Positions 47,747 to 56,811 of a stretch of DNA of 58,649 bases are shown in pieces (positions within the stretch are counted from its first letter, which is position 1; each line of letters starts with the position of its first letter). Below the pieces are notes generated by a model. The model made no database searches and had not been told where the DNA came from. It worked only from the letters and a program-made list of their open reading frames with translations. The position numbers and the translations under genes are program-made. This DNA comes from Gemmatimonadota bacterium (lineage in GTDB: Bacteria; Gemmatimonadota; Gemmatimonadetes; Gemmatimonadales; GWC2-71-9). The DNA lies in NCBI GenBank assembly GCA_046733215.1, contig JBKPOS010000056.1:1-58649 (forward strand), given 5' to 3'.

Positions 47747-47899
47747 ATGATCCGCAAGCTCGCGAACGGTCGCTACCGGCTGTACTCTCGCAAGCCCGAC
47801 CCCAAGACCGGCAAGCGACGCAATCTGGGGACCTTCAAATCACGGGCCGCCGCTCTGAAGCACGAGCGCGCCGTGCAATTCTTCAAGCGAGGGGGCTGA
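47747..47899 (+). CDS. Small basic protein (50 aa)
   Basis: Not in the ORF track. AGGAG RBS; MIRKLANGRYRLYSRKPDPKTGKRRNLGTFKSRAAALKHERAVQFFKRGG. Confidence 0.8.
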   Translation: MIRKLANGRYRLYSRKPDPKTGKRRNLGTFKSRAAALKHERAVQFFKRGG

Positions 47900-47903
47900 C
47901 GCC

Positions 47904-48269
47904 GTGGCTCCGCGCCAACGCAAAGCCGCCTTAACCTTCGAGGCGGTGCGAATGCTGGCGCTTGCCTTCCCCGGCGTCGAGGAGGGTTCCTCCTACGGCA
48001 CACCGGCCTTCCGGGTCCGCGGCAAATTTCTGGCGCGGCTCAAGGAAGACGGCGAATCGCTGGCGATCAAATGCGGATTCGAGGAGCGAGATTTTCGGAT
48101 GCGGGCCGACCCCCGTACGTTCTTCATCACGGACCATTACCGGGGGTATCCGATTGTTCTAGTGCATCTGCAAACGGTGGGTCGTGCGGACCTGCGGGAC
48201 GTGCTGGAACAAGCCTGGCGGCTCAACGCCCCGAAGCGGCTGATTGCGGAATACGACCGTTCCGAGTGA
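47904..48269 (+). CDS. MmcQ/YjbR family DNA-binding protein
   Basis: ALAFPGVEEG.SYGTPAFRV.GK...FFITDHY.GYP.VLV.L. Confidence 0.85.
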   Translation: MAPRQRKAALTFEAVRMLALAFPGVEEGSSYGTPAFRVRGKFLARLKEDGESLAIKCGFEERDFRMRADPRTFFITDHYRGYPIVLVHLQTVGRADLRDVLEQAWRLNAPKRLIAEYDRSE

Positions 48270-48359
48270 CGTGGCGATGGGAGGCCACCCCCCTCGGAGC
48301 AGCATTCGGGGTTGATACCAGTCCGGGAAACCCGGCTGATCGAGGGCTATGAAACGACG

Positions 48360-48386
48360 ACGGAGCTCGGTCAGACCGAGCTCCGT
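48360..48386. terminator. Perfect 13-bp inverted repeat between convergent genes
   Basis: ACGGAGCTCGGTC-A-GACCGAGCTCCGT; no U-tract. Confidence 0.5.
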
Positions 48387-48396
48387 GGCGTCCAAC

Positions 48397-48726
48397 TCAG
48401 TGCATATCGAAGCGTGGCGGTCTCAGATCGGACACCGGATTCAGATCCTCAACGCCACACCAGTTGAGAAACGCCGATAGTTCGGACGCCCGCTCCAGCG
48501 TATCGACCATGACTTCGGTGCGTCCGTTGGTAACGAACGGAATCATAGGAAGGTCGTTGCGGCCGCGCCGAGGCAAGGCTTGCCCACCTACCCGCCACGG
48601 TCCTTGGACGTCGTCGAGGCCGATACCCTTCCGCTTTGCTTTCTCGACCAGCGCGTACGCGGCGGTGGGCTGGTAACGTTGACGCCGGTGCCTCGATTGA
48701 GAACGACGTTGCTGAATGGCCGTCAT
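48397..48726 (-). CDS. Hypothetical protein
   Basis: Fills the gap between genes; ELSAFLNWCGV looks conserved; start uncertain (48726 or 48780). Confidence 0.6.
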   Translation of the reverse strand: MTAIQQRRSQSRHRRQRYQPTAAYALVEKAKRKGIGLDDVQGPWRVGGQALPRRGRNDLPMIPFVTNGRTEVMVDTLERASELSAFLNWCGVEDLNPVSDLRPPRFDMH

Positions 48727-48743
48727 TGGTCGACTCACTTTCG

Positions 48744-48827
48744 TGCGATCTGGATCACACGGCGGCGTATCTCGTGACATTGTTAGGGTAGAACCCATCC
48801 GCTGTAGCGGCAGTGAGAACAATCACA
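48744..48827. promoter_or_regulatory. Two CRP/FNR-family boxes
   Basis: TGCGA-N6-TCACA (48744-48759) and AGTGA-N6-TCACA (48812-48827), each one mismatch from TGTGA-N6-TCACA. Confidence 0.5.
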
Positions 48828-48875
48828 TCGGCCGACTCCGCCACGGAGGATTGAATTGCAAAGAGGAAGCCATCC

Positions 48876-49508
48876 GTGCTGCCCGCAATAGAGAATCGGC
48901 TCGCCACGCTCCCGCGGGAGCTGAAACCCCTCGCTGACGTGGTGCGACGTCACTACGCTCGGGGAGCGAGCGTGCGGCCGGACGGCACCGTGCAGATTGC
49001 GCGGGCGCCATGGATGGGACCTGAAGCGTTCGCCCTGGTTCTTTATCCCCCTGCCGACGCCGCCTGGGTGAGCGCGTATGGGCAACGTCTCGGTCGGCCG
49101 GTGCCCGAGGCATATGCGAGGGTGCTAACGTCCGTAAATGGCTGCTTCGTGTTCGGCCTGGCGCTTTACGGCTTGCCCCCGTCGCTGCAGGATCGGGCGC
49201 CGCGCCGCGATCACAGCCTCGAGCCGCTCGATCTTGCGGCCGCTAATGGGTACTGGGCCCGCGAGTACCGGGGAGCCGGCGAGGAATTTCACTTCGGGGG
49301 CCGGACGCTGAGTGCCACCGAAAATGTCGGATACTTTCTGACCTCTGATGGATCCGTCCGGAGCCGTCGCAAGGACGGCGAGGTGCTGCGGGAGTGGGCG
49401 TCGATCGAGGGATTGCTGATTGAAGAGTTGGCCTCGGTGGAAGCCGCGGATCGAGACCGGCCGCCGGGTGCTCCCACGCCCTGGTCATTCGGCCGTGAAC
49501 AGAGCTAG
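48876..49508 (+). CDS. SMI1/KNR4 (SUKH)-like protein
   Basis: PPA.......RLGRPVPEAYARVLTSVNG motif; C-terminal W.SIE.LL. Confidence 0.6.
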   Translation: MLPAIENRLATLPRELKPLADVVRRHYARGASVRPDGTVQIARAPWMGPEAFALVLYPPADAAWVSAYGQRLGRPVPEAYARVLTSVNGCFVFGLALYGLPPSLQDRAPRRDHSLEPLDLAAANGYWAREYRGAGEEFHFGGRTLSATENVGYFLTSDGSVRSRRKDGEVLREWASIEGLLIEELASVEAADRDRPPGAPTPWSFGREQS

Positions 49509-49563
49509 ATAAGGAACGTCGCTAGATCGAGAAATGCCCCAACCTGTCTGGTCGGAGTGATTC

Positions 49564-49941
49564 ATGACAGATGCCGCTGCGTATCCGTACGAAACCCGGC
49601 TCAACGTCCAGTTCTCGCCGCTCGAGCTGATCGACGTACAGGCGATGGCTGACGCGTGTACCCATAGCTGGTTCAATCAGACCCTGTGCCGGGTCAACGA
49701 TTCCGTTGTCCGCCTGGGCGTCGTCCAGGGCGAGTATCACTGGCACCACCACGCCGACGAAGATGAGTTCTTCTATGTCGTCGAGGGCCGCTTCCTGATC
49801 GACCTGGAGGATCGAACTGTCGAGCTCACACGGAAGCAAGGCTTCGTGGTACCGCACGGCGTGCGGCATCGGACTCGGGCGCCCGAGCGAACAGTGATCC
49901 TTATGGTTGAAAGCGCCGGTATCGTTCCCACCGGAAGCTGA
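49564..49941 (+). CDS. Cupin domain protein
   Basis: GEYHWHHHADEDEFFYVVEG...VVPHGVRHRT. Confidence 0.9.
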   Translation: MTDAAAYPYETRLNVQFSPLELIDVQAMADACTHSWFNQTLCRVNDSVVRLGVVQGEYHWHHHADEDEFFYVVEGRFLIDLEDRTVELTRKQGFVVPHGVRHRTRAPERTVILMVESAGIVPTGS

Positions 49942-49949
49942 GTCGTACT

Positions 49950-50459
49950 GTGAACGGTGAGCCCATCAAGGGCGTCCGAATCGACGCCTTCCGGGCCGAG
50001 CACGCAGCGGCTTTCGAGACCCTCAATCGGGCCTGGCTGGTCGACCACGGGCTATACGAAGCGCCCGATGAGGCGCAATTGTCCAATCCCTGGGGCACCA
50101 TCATCGAGCCGGGCGGGCAAATCTTCGTGGCGCTCCGCGGTGACGAAGTCCTGGGCACATGTGCCGTCATTCCGCACGAGACCGGCATCTTCGAGCTGGC
50201 AAAGCTTGCCGTGGCACCACAGGTCCGGGGTCAAGGGCTCGGCCGGGCATTGGTGGAAGCCTGCCTTTGTCTTGCGCGCCGGCGCGGCATCAGTCGCATG
50301 GTGCTGGTTTCCAGCTCGCGCCTGGGGGCGGCGCTCACCTTGTACGAAAGCGTGGGCTTTCGACGGCGCCCTTTGCCTCCTGAGGTGCCCTACGCAACGG
50401 CCGACGTCTACATGGAGATCGACTTGCCGTCGTCGCCGGAGCCGGTGGAGCAGGCCTGA
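49950..50459 (+). CDS. GNAT acetyltransferase
   Basis: ELAKLAVAP..RGQGLGR, A..LYESVGF. Confidence 0.9.
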   Translation: MNGEPIKGVRIDAFRAEHAAAFETLNRAWLVDHGLYEAPDEAQLSNPWGTIIEPGGQIFVALRGDEVLGTCAVIPHETGIFELAKLAVAPQVRGQGLGRALVEACLCLARRRGISRMVLVSSSRLGAALTLYESVGFRRRPLPPEVPYATADVYMEIDLPSSPEPVEQA

Positions 50460-50461
50460 GC

Positions 50462-50839
50462 ATGACTGCCGTGCGATTTTCCGAGACGCTGCTTCGCCAG
50501 ATCGAGCTTGCCAAGCGCTTACAGATTCGAGCCGGGACTGAGCCGCACCGATTCATCGGTATCTGGGCGGTAGTTGTGGAGGGCCGGGTGTTCGTCCGAT
50601 CCTGGAGTCTCAAGCCCCGGAGCTGGTATCGCACGTTCCTGCTCGAGCCCGTCGGTGCGATCGAAGTCGGGGGCCGCAAGATTTCGGTTCGCGCCGTGCG
50701 GACCCGGAGCGACCGGCTCAAAGCAGCAGTCGATAGCGCCTACCTCGCGAAGTACGACACGCCGGGCGCCATCGAGTACGCTAAGGACCTGGGCCGGCCG
50801 AAGTCCCGCGACACGACCATAGAGCTGGTACCGGCGTGA
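50462..50839 (+). CDS. DUF2255-like protein
   Basis: IWAVVVEGRVFVRS, WYR, VD.AY..KY. Confidence 0.75.
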   Translation: MTAVRFSETLLRQIELAKRLQIRAGTEPHRFIGIWAVVVEGRVFVRSWSLKPRSWYRTFLLEPVGAIEVGGRKISVRAVRTRSDRLKAAVDSAYLAKYDTPGAIEYAKDLGRPKSRDTTIELVPA

Positions 50840-51267
50840 GCGCCGAGCACCACCGCAAGCTGGAGCGGTTGTACGGCACCGCTCGGGTGAGCCAATGGTA
50901 CGGCGCCGCCATTTCAATTGCGGACGGCCAGGCCGAAGTCCGATTCCCGATTCGCCCGGAGTTCCACCACGCTGCAAACGCCGTCCATGGCTCGGTGTAC
51001 TTTCGAGCTCTGGACGACGCGGCGTTCTTCGCGGTCAATTCACGGGTGGAAGACGTGCTCGTGTTGACTGTGTCGTTCACGGCACACTTTGCCCGACCCG
51101 TGATGAACGGCGAGCTTCACGCAGTGGGCCGCGTGCTTCATAGCGGGGGTCGCCTGTTTCTAGCGGAGTCGGATCTATTCGACGACCATGGCCAGTTATT
51201 GAGCCACGGAAGCGGAGTTTTCACCCGGAGCGCAATCAAGCTCAGCCCCGAGGTCGGATACGCCTGA
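50836..51267 (+). CDS. PaaI family thioesterase
   Basis: HAANAVHGSVYF.ALDDAAFFA hotdog motif. Confidence 0.88.
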   Translation: MSAEHHRKLERLYGTARVSQWYGAAISIADGQAEVRFPIRPEFHHAANAVHGSVYFRALDDAAFFAVNSRVEDVLVLTVSFTAHFARPVMNGELHAVGRVLHSGGRLFLAESDLFDDHGQLLSHGSGVFTRSAIKLSPEVGYA

Positions 51268-51300
51268 GGCGCTCACTGAGATGCCATAGGAGAAATTCAC

Positions 51301-51627
51301 ATGCCCACCACCAAAGCCTCGCCGATGGTTCGGTCGGCTCTACTGGTTCGTCTCGAAGCCAAGCCGGGACAGGAAGCGGCGGTAGCAAAGTTCCTGCAAG
51401 GCGGACTCCCCATTGTTGAACAGGAGCCTGCCACCATCACGTGGTACGCACTGAAGCTGGGGCCATCCACATTCGGCATCTTCGATACGTTTCCCGACGA
51501 CAAGGGCCGCCAGGCGCACCTGGCTGGTCAGGTCGCTGCGGCATTGATGGCGAAGGCCCCCGAGCTGCTGGCGAGGGCTCCGACCATCGAAGAGGTGGAT
51601 ATCATCGCGGCAAAACTGCCGCGTTGA
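51301..51627 (+). CDS. ABM / putative quinol monooxygenase
   Basis: LEAKPG.E..V..FL, EP.T..W.A, FGIFD.F..GRQAHL.G. Confidence 0.85.
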   Translation: MPTTKASPMVRSALLVRLEAKPGQEAAVAKFLQGGLPIVEQEPATITWYALKLGPSTFGIFDTFPDDKGRQAHLAGQVAAALMAKAPELLARAPTIEEVDIIAAKLPR

Positions 51628-51643
51628 CCGGCATTCGGGCCCG

Positions 51644-52261
51644 ATGATTCCCGCGTCCGAAGCGCTGCAGCGGCTTCGTGAGGGCAACCTCCGATTCGTA
51701 AACAATGCCCGCAACGCCGACCTCGCTGTCGGCCACAAACGCCGGGCCGAGCTGACTGAGTCACAGCAACCCTTCGCGATTATCCTCGGTTGTGCCGATT
51801 CAAGGGTGCCGGCGGAGATCGTGTTCGACCAGGGGCTTGGCGATCTGTTCGTCATCCGTGTCGCCGGCAACATCGTCGCACCATCCCAGGTGGGCAGCGT
51901 CGAGTTCGCGGCGGCGCGCTTCGAAACCCGGCTGGTCGTCGTACTGGGCCACTCCCGCTGCGGGGTCATTCTCGCCACGTTGGAGGAGCTCAGGCGACCG
52001 ACGGAGACTCAGTCGCGCAACCTGCGCGCGATCGTAAATCGGGTTCGGCCGTCGGTGGTCAGTCTGCTCGAAAACGATTTCGGCGGCAACCCGGACCTAC
52101 TGGTGGAGCGGGCCATTCGCGCAAACATTCGTGCATCGGCGGACCACTTGCGGCATGGGTCTGAGATTCTGGAGCAATTGATCGAGAAGGAAGGTCTCCG
52201 GGTGGTGGGAGCGGAGTATTCGCTCGAAACCGGGGTGGTGGACTTTTTTGACGCAGTGTAG
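51644..52261 (+). CDS. Beta-class carbonic anhydrase
   Basis: GCADSRVP, DLFVIRVAGN, GHSRCG. Confidence 0.95.
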   Translation: MIPASEALQRLREGNLRFVNNARNADLAVGHKRRAELTESQQPFAIILGCADSRVPAEIVFDQGLGDLFVIRVAGNIVAPSQVGSVEFAAARFETRLVVVLGHSRCGVILATLEELRRPTETQSRNLRAIVNRVRPSVVSLLENDFGGNPDLLVERAIRANIRASADHLRHGSEILEQLIEKEGLRVVGAEYSLETGVVDFFDAV

Positions 52262-52283
52262 GAATCATGACAAGCGAGGAGTG

Positions 52284-52793
52284 ATGCAGGGCCGGGTCGT
52301 GCAGGTTCATCGGAAGCCAAAGCTGGGGCGCGAGCGCGGCATCCCCAAGCAGGTGGTGCCTGCCCTCACGCTCACGCTCGAGGGAGTCGAGGGTGATTTT
52401 AACCGTTGGCGAACCGAGAAAGCCGGAGGCGACTCGGATCAAGCGGTCCTCCTTTTGAGCGACGAGATACTGGCCGAGCTGAGAGCAGAAGGCTGGCCGG
52501 TTCAACGAGGCGAGCTGGGGGAGAATCTCACGATGGCCGAACTGCCGTCCGATCTTTTTTGTTCCGGCGTGCGCCTTCGCATAGGGGACGTGATGCTCCA
52601 GGTAAGCAAGCCTTGCCAGCCCTGCACCGTGCTCTACTCGCTCCCATACGTCGGCCTGGATCGCGGGCCCAGCTTCATTCGAGCCCTGCAAGGACGCCGA
52701 GGCTGGTTCGCCCGCGTGTTACAGGGCGGACTCGTTCAACCCGACATGACCGTCGAGATCGACAACGCCGTCCACCCGATTCCGGTAGCCTGA
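52284..52793 (+). CDS. MOSC domain protein
   Basis: G.PK, GVEGD, GENLT, LRIG...PCQPC, RGWFARVL.GG. Confidence 0.88.
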   Translation: MQGRVVQVHRKPKLGRERGIPKQVVPALTLTLEGVEGDFNRWRTEKAGGDSDQAVLLLSDEILAELRAEGWPVQRGELGENLTMAELPSDLFCSGVRLRIGDVMLQVSKPCQPCTVLYSLPYVGLDRGPSFIRALQGRRGWFARVLQGGLVQPDMTVEIDNAVHPIPVA

Positions 52794-52799
52794 TCCAGC

Positions 52800-53306
52800 T
52801 TGCAGCTCTCCGTCCGCATCGTCGACATCACCACGCTTGCCGTAGACGCAATCGTGAACGCCGCGAACGAACAGCTCGCACCGGGGGGCGGAGTCTGCGG
52901 CGCCATCCATCGCGCCGCCGGCCCCGAGCTCGCGAGAGCATGCGCGAAGGCAGGGCCCTGCCCCGCTGGCGAAGCGCGGATTACGCCCGGATTTCACCTT
53001 CCTGCCAAGTTCGTGATCCACGCAGTTGGCCCGGTCTGGCACGGGGGCAGTGCCGCCGAGGCGGAACTGCTGGCAGGAGCCTATCGCACGTCGCTCCGGC
53101 TCGCGCGCGAGCACAGCCTCAAGAGCATTGCGTTTCCGGCAATCAGCACGGGAATCTTCGGCTACCCATTGCAGGCCGCCACCGACATTGCGGTCGAAAC
53201 GGTCCGGACCGAGATGGGGGCAAACGCGACGCTGCAACAGATCGTGTTTGCCTGCTTCAGCCCGGAGGTCCTCGCAGCCTATCAACGAGCGGGAATTCAA
53301 GTCTGA
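52800..53306 (+). CDS. Macro domain protein (O-acetyl-ADP-ribose deacetylase-like)
   Basis: DIT, AIVNAAN..L..GGGVCGAIH.AAG, VIHAVGP, AFPAISTGIFGYP. Confidence 0.93.
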   Translation: MQLSVRIVDITTLAVDAIVNAANEQLAPGGGVCGAIHRAAGPELARACAKAGPCPAGEARITPGFHLPAKFVIHAVGPVWHGGSAAEAELLAGAYRTSLRLAREHSLKSIAFPAISTGIFGYPLQAATDIAVETVRTEMGANATLQQIVFACFSPEVLAAYQRAGIQV

Positions 53307-53316
53307 TCAGGATGAG

Positions 53317-53844
53317 TTACCTCTCCCGGTGTGGCTGAAACACGATATCGAACACCGGCTGCCAGGTCTTTCCCCCGTCAGTTGACCGCTCCGCCTTCTC
53401 CCGCACATTCTGGCCTTCGGCCCACCAGATGCCGCGTATCAGCGCCGGGCGCCCCTCGGCAGTTTTGTCAGGACCGGTCAAAACCATCCGGTCACCGTCC
53501 AGGTGGCCATCCAACAGGAGCAGCGTTCCCCGATTGGTGACCCAGCTCTGGTGCCAGACTCGTCGCGAAGCGTCCCAAAGGCTGTAGCTCTCTCCCACCA
53601 TGCCGTTCTGCTGCTGGTAAAGCTCCCGCAGAACACACCCATCCAGGATGCGGGTGACTCGATTCCTGGCCACCGCTCGCGCACTGTCGGAGACCTCGTA
53701 GACATCCCAGTCACCCAGCCAGAAATCGAGCTGGCGGTATTCAGGGTTGGTGCAAGCCGCCGAATGGGTTGCCCCGGTAGTCTGGGCGTGTCCGATTCCG
53801 GTCAAGAGCACCGTCAGCATACAAAGCGCTGCGAATCTGTTCAT
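53317..53844 (-). CDS. Secreted beta-barrel hypothetical protein (DUF1579-like)
   Basis: Signal peptide; C...EYRQLDFWLGDW, W.QSWV, S.DGGKTW. Confidence 0.7.
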   Translation of the reverse strand: MNRFAALCMLTVLLTGIGHAQTTGATHSAACTNPEYRQLDFWLGDWDVYEVSDSARAVARNRVTRILDGCVLRELYQQQNGMVGESYSLWDASRRVWHQSWVTNRGTLLLLDGHLDGDRMVLTGPDKTAEGRPALIRGIWWAEGQNVREKAERSTDGGKTWQPVFDIVFQPHRER

Positions 53845-53863
53845 GGAGAGCCTCGGACGAATC

Positions 53864-53892
53864 TGTCGATTCTTCCAATCATCATACGACGT
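53864..53892 (+). promoter_or_regulatory. ECF42-type promoter upstream of DGPF gene 1 and the sigma factor
   Basis: TGTCGA-N17-CGACGT; same architecture as 55810-55838. Confidence 0.75.
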
Positions 53893-53970
53893 ACCAATGA
53901 AGCCGAGGCGACACCAGCCCAAGTCTGTGCTGTCGCGCGGCGTGCACTCAAAGTCAATAGGGAGAAGACG

Positions 53971-54432
53971 ATGCGATTTATGGTTCTAGTCAAGGCCACC
54001 AAGGACAGCGAGGCCGGCGTGCTGCCGGACGCCACCCTCTTGAGCGAGATGGGTAAGTACAACGAAGCCCTGGTCAAAGCCGGCGTAATGCTGGCGGGTG
54101 AAGGGCTACAGGCCAGCTCCAAAGGAGCGAGGGTCAAGTTTTCCGGCAGCAAACGCACCGTGGTCGACGGTCCCTTCACCGAGGCAAAGGAGCTGATCGC
54201 CGGGTTCTGGCTGATCCAGGTGAAGTCGAAGGAAGAGGCGATCGAATGGGTGAAGCGGATCCCCAATCCGCACAATGAGGAATTCGAGATCGAAGTGCGG
54301 CAAGTCTTCGAACCCGAGGACTTCGGGCCCGAGCTGAATGCGCAGGTGCCGGAGGTCTTCGAAGCCGAGCGGAGGTTCCGAGAGGCAGGAAAGGCACCGC
54401 AGGGCAGGCAGCAGAAGAAGCCTGCCAAATAG
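53971..54432 (+). CDS. YciI/DGPF family protein
   Basis: DGPFTEAKELIAGFW. Confidence 0.92.
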   Translation: MRFMVLVKATKDSEAGVLPDATLLSEMGKYNEALVKAGVMLAGEGLQASSKGARVKFSGSKRTVVDGPFTEAKELIAGFWLIQVKSKEEAIEWVKRIPNPHNEEFEIEVRQVFEPEDFGPELNAQVPEVFEAERRFREAGKAPQGRQQKKPAK

Positions 54433-54490
54433 ATTCGGCGTTCAGCCGGCGCGCTTGCGCCGGCCGACGGGGGTGCGTTAGTCGTTCGCG

Positions 54491-55774
54491 GTGACCACGT
54501 CGGACACGCACCGCGCAATAGACGCTGTCTGGAGGATCGAATCGGCCAGGCTGATCGCTGGGCTCGCACGCATCGTGCGCGACGTCGGCCTGGCCGAGGA
54601 CCTCGCGCAGGACGCGCTGGTCGCCGCTCTCGAACGGTGGCCCGAGTCAGGCATCCCGGACAAACCCGGCGCCTGGCTCATGGCGACCGCGAAGCATCGT
54701 GCGTTCGACCTGCTCCGCCGGGACAAGCTGCTCGATCGAAAGCACCAGGAGATAGGGCACGAGCTCGAAGCCAAGCAGGAGACGGCGGCCCCCGACCTCG
54801 ATGCTGCGCTCGACGACCCGGTTGGCGATGATCTGCTCCGCCTGATCTTCACGGCCTGCCACCCCGTCCTATCCACTGAAGCACGGGTCGCGCTCACGCT
54901 GCGCCTGATCGGCGGCCTCACGACCGAGGAAATCGCGCGCGCCTTTCTGGTGCCGGTCCCGACCATCGCGCAGCGAATCGTGCGAGCCAAGCGCACGCTG
55001 GGAGAGGCTGGCGTTCCGTTCGAGGTGCCGAGGGGTGAACAGCTCGCCGCGCGACTGTCATCGGTGCTTGGGGTGATCTACCTCATCTTCAACGAGGGTT
55101 ACGCCGCCACCGCCGGCGACGACTGGACGCGCCCCGCCTTGTGCGAGGACGCACTCCGGCTTGGCCGCATCCTGGCGGAGCTGTCCCCCGAGGAGCCTGA
55201 GGTGCACGGTCTCGTGTCGCTGATGGAAATCCAGGCGTCGCGGCTCCGCGCCAGAGTCGGGCCAACCGGAGAACCGATCCTGCTGCTCGATCAGGACCGA
55301 GGGCGCTGGGACCAGTTGCTGGTTCGGCGCGGACTCGCGGCGCTGGAGCGGGCAGATGCACTGGGTGGCGTGCAAGGCCCGTACGCCGTACAGGCCGCCA
55401 TCGCGGCCTGCCATGCGAGAGCAAGGACTGCGGCGGAGACCGACTGGGCCCGGATAGCTGCGCTGTACGAGACCTTGGTTCGGATCAGCCCCTCTCCGGT
55501 GGTGGAGCTGAATCGCGCGGTGGCGGTTGGCATGGCGTTCGGGCCGGCCGCGGGTCTCGAGATCGCCGACGCACTCATTGGAGAGCGGTCGCTCGAGCAG
55601 TACCATCTGCTTCCCGCCGTTCGAGCCGATTTTCTGATCAAGCTCGGGCGCTTGGACGAGGCCCGGCTCGAGCTGGAGCGGGCGGCGTCGCTCACCCAGA
55701 ACGCCCGCGAGCGGAAACTGCTGCTCGAGCGTGCGGCGGCTTGCTCAACGGAGGTGGCTTCGCCCCAACTCTGA
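54491..55774 (+). CDS. ECF42-type RNA polymerase sigma factor with a C-terminal TPR extension
   Basis: AEDLAQDA, DDLLRLIFTACHP.L, GLTTEEIARAFL, YLIFNEGY, QAAIAACH, SPVVELNRAVA; DGPF neighbours. Confidence 0.92.
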   Translation: MTTSDTHRAIDAVWRIESARLIAGLARIVRDVGLAEDLAQDALVAALERWPESGIPDKPGAWLMATAKHRAFDLLRRDKLLDRKHQEIGHELEAKQETAAPDLDAALDDPVGDDLLRLIFTACHPVLSTEARVALTLRLIGGLTTEEIARAFLVPVPTIAQRIVRAKRTLGEAGVPFEVPRGEQLAARLSSVLGVIYLIFNEGYAATAGDDWTRPALCEDALRLGRILAELSPEEPEVHGLVSLMEIQASRLRARVGPTGEPILLLDQDRGRWDQLLVRRGLAALERADALGGVQGPYAVQAAIAACHARARTAAETDWARIAALYETLVRISPSPVVELNRAVAVGMAFGPAAGLEIADALIGERSLEQYHLLPAVRADFLIKLGRLDEARLELERAASLTQNARERKLLLERAAACSTEVASPQL

Positions 55775-55809
55775 CTCCGCCCCCTACTGGCTTGCCGTTT
55801 TGCTCCCAA

Positions 55810-55838
55810 TGTCGATTTCGACACCGTTTGTTCGACGT
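55810..55838 (+). promoter_or_regulatory. ECF42-type promoter upstream of DGPF genes 2 and 3
   Basis: TGTCGA-N17-CGACGT. Confidence 0.75.
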
Positions 55839-55919
55839 GTACGTAAGAGCCTGAGTTCGCTCCGGTGATGGAGCCAAGACCCCGGCTCGGATTCTCGAAA
55901 CCGGTTAGGAGGCATACCC

Positions 55920-56354
55920 ATGCGATTCATGATCCTGCGCAAGGCCGACCCGAACACCGAAGCAGGAGCACTCCCAAACCAGGAGCTTCTCGCCGCGATG
56001 GGACGGTACATGGAGGAGATGGCGAGCGCCGGCATCCTGCTGGCCGGCGAAGGCCTCCGGCCGACCTCCGAAGGCGTACGCGTCAAGTTTTCCCGGGGCA
56101 AGCCCACCGTGACTGACGGGCCGTTCGCGGAGGCGAAGGAATTAGTCGCCGGCTGGTGCCTTATCCAAGTGGACTCGATGGAAAAGGCGATCGAATGGGT
56201 GAAGCGTTGGCCCAAGATCGACGGTGACGGGGGGGTCGAGCTCGAGATCCGCCGCCTCTACGAAGCAGATGATTTCGGTGCCGAGTTTACCGCCGAGCTC
56301 AGGGAAAAAGAGGAGCGTCTCCGGGCGCAAGTAGCGGGTTCGCATCAGCGCTGA
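55920..56354 (+). CDS. YciI/DGPF family protein
   Basis: DGPFAEAKELVAGW. Confidence 0.92.
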   Translation: MRFMILRKADPNTEAGALPNQELLAAMGRYMEEMASAGILLAGEGLRPTSEGVRVKFSRGKPTVTDGPFAEAKELVAGWCLIQVDSMEKAIEWVKRWPKIDGDGGVELEIRRLYEADDFGAEFTAELREKEERLRAQVAGSHQR

Positions 56355-56391
56355 TGAAAGCCATCACCCTCGACTGAAGGAGATATCAGGA

Positions 56392-56772
56392 ATGCGGTTC
56401 ATGCTGATTGCCAAGGCAACCAAGGACTCTGAAGCGGGCCTGCCCCGGACCCAAGACTCATCGCAGCGATCGAAGCTATCTGAGGATATGGCCAAAGCGG
56501 GCGTCCTGGTGGATGCGGGCGGCCTCTATCCCAGCGCTACGGGAGCGCGCATCAGGCTCTCTGGCGGGAAGGTCACTGTTACGGATGGTCCGTTTGCCGA
56601 GGCGAGAGAATTGATCGGTGGCTACGCGATCGTGGAGACCAAGTCCAAGACCGAAGCGATCGAGCTGTCCGAGCGCTTCTGGAAGCTCCACGCCGACGTG
56701 ATGGGACCGAACTACGAGGGCGAGGGCGAGATCCGTCAGCTCCACGACCCGGCGGACTTTGCTCGCGCATAG
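56392..56772 (+). CDS. YciI/DGPF family protein
   Basis: DGPFAEARELIGGY. Confidence 0.92.
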   Translation: MRFMLIAKATKDSEAGLPRTQDSSQRSKLSEDMAKAGVLVDAGGLYPSATGARIRLSGGKVTVTDGPFAEARELIGGYAIVETKSKTEAIELSERFWKLHADVMGPNYEGEGEIRQLHDPADFARA

Positions 56773-56811
56773 GCCCGCTATCTTCACCGCGTCCCCGGGA
56801 GGTGGGGCACC

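Noticed and set aside
49950-49960. GTGAACGGTGA at the GNAT start resembling the heptamer element
   Set aside because: Only about 1.5 units with no inverted partner; compatible with chance
53503-53970. 309-aa version of the first DGPF protein
   Set aside because: The extension is antisense to the 53317-53844 gene; ATG 53971 has an RBS and matches the paralogue starts
54445-54464. GCCGGCGC-GCTT-GCGCCGGC hairpin as a terminator
   Set aside because: Short GC stem with no U-tract inside a probable operon; not distinguishable from background
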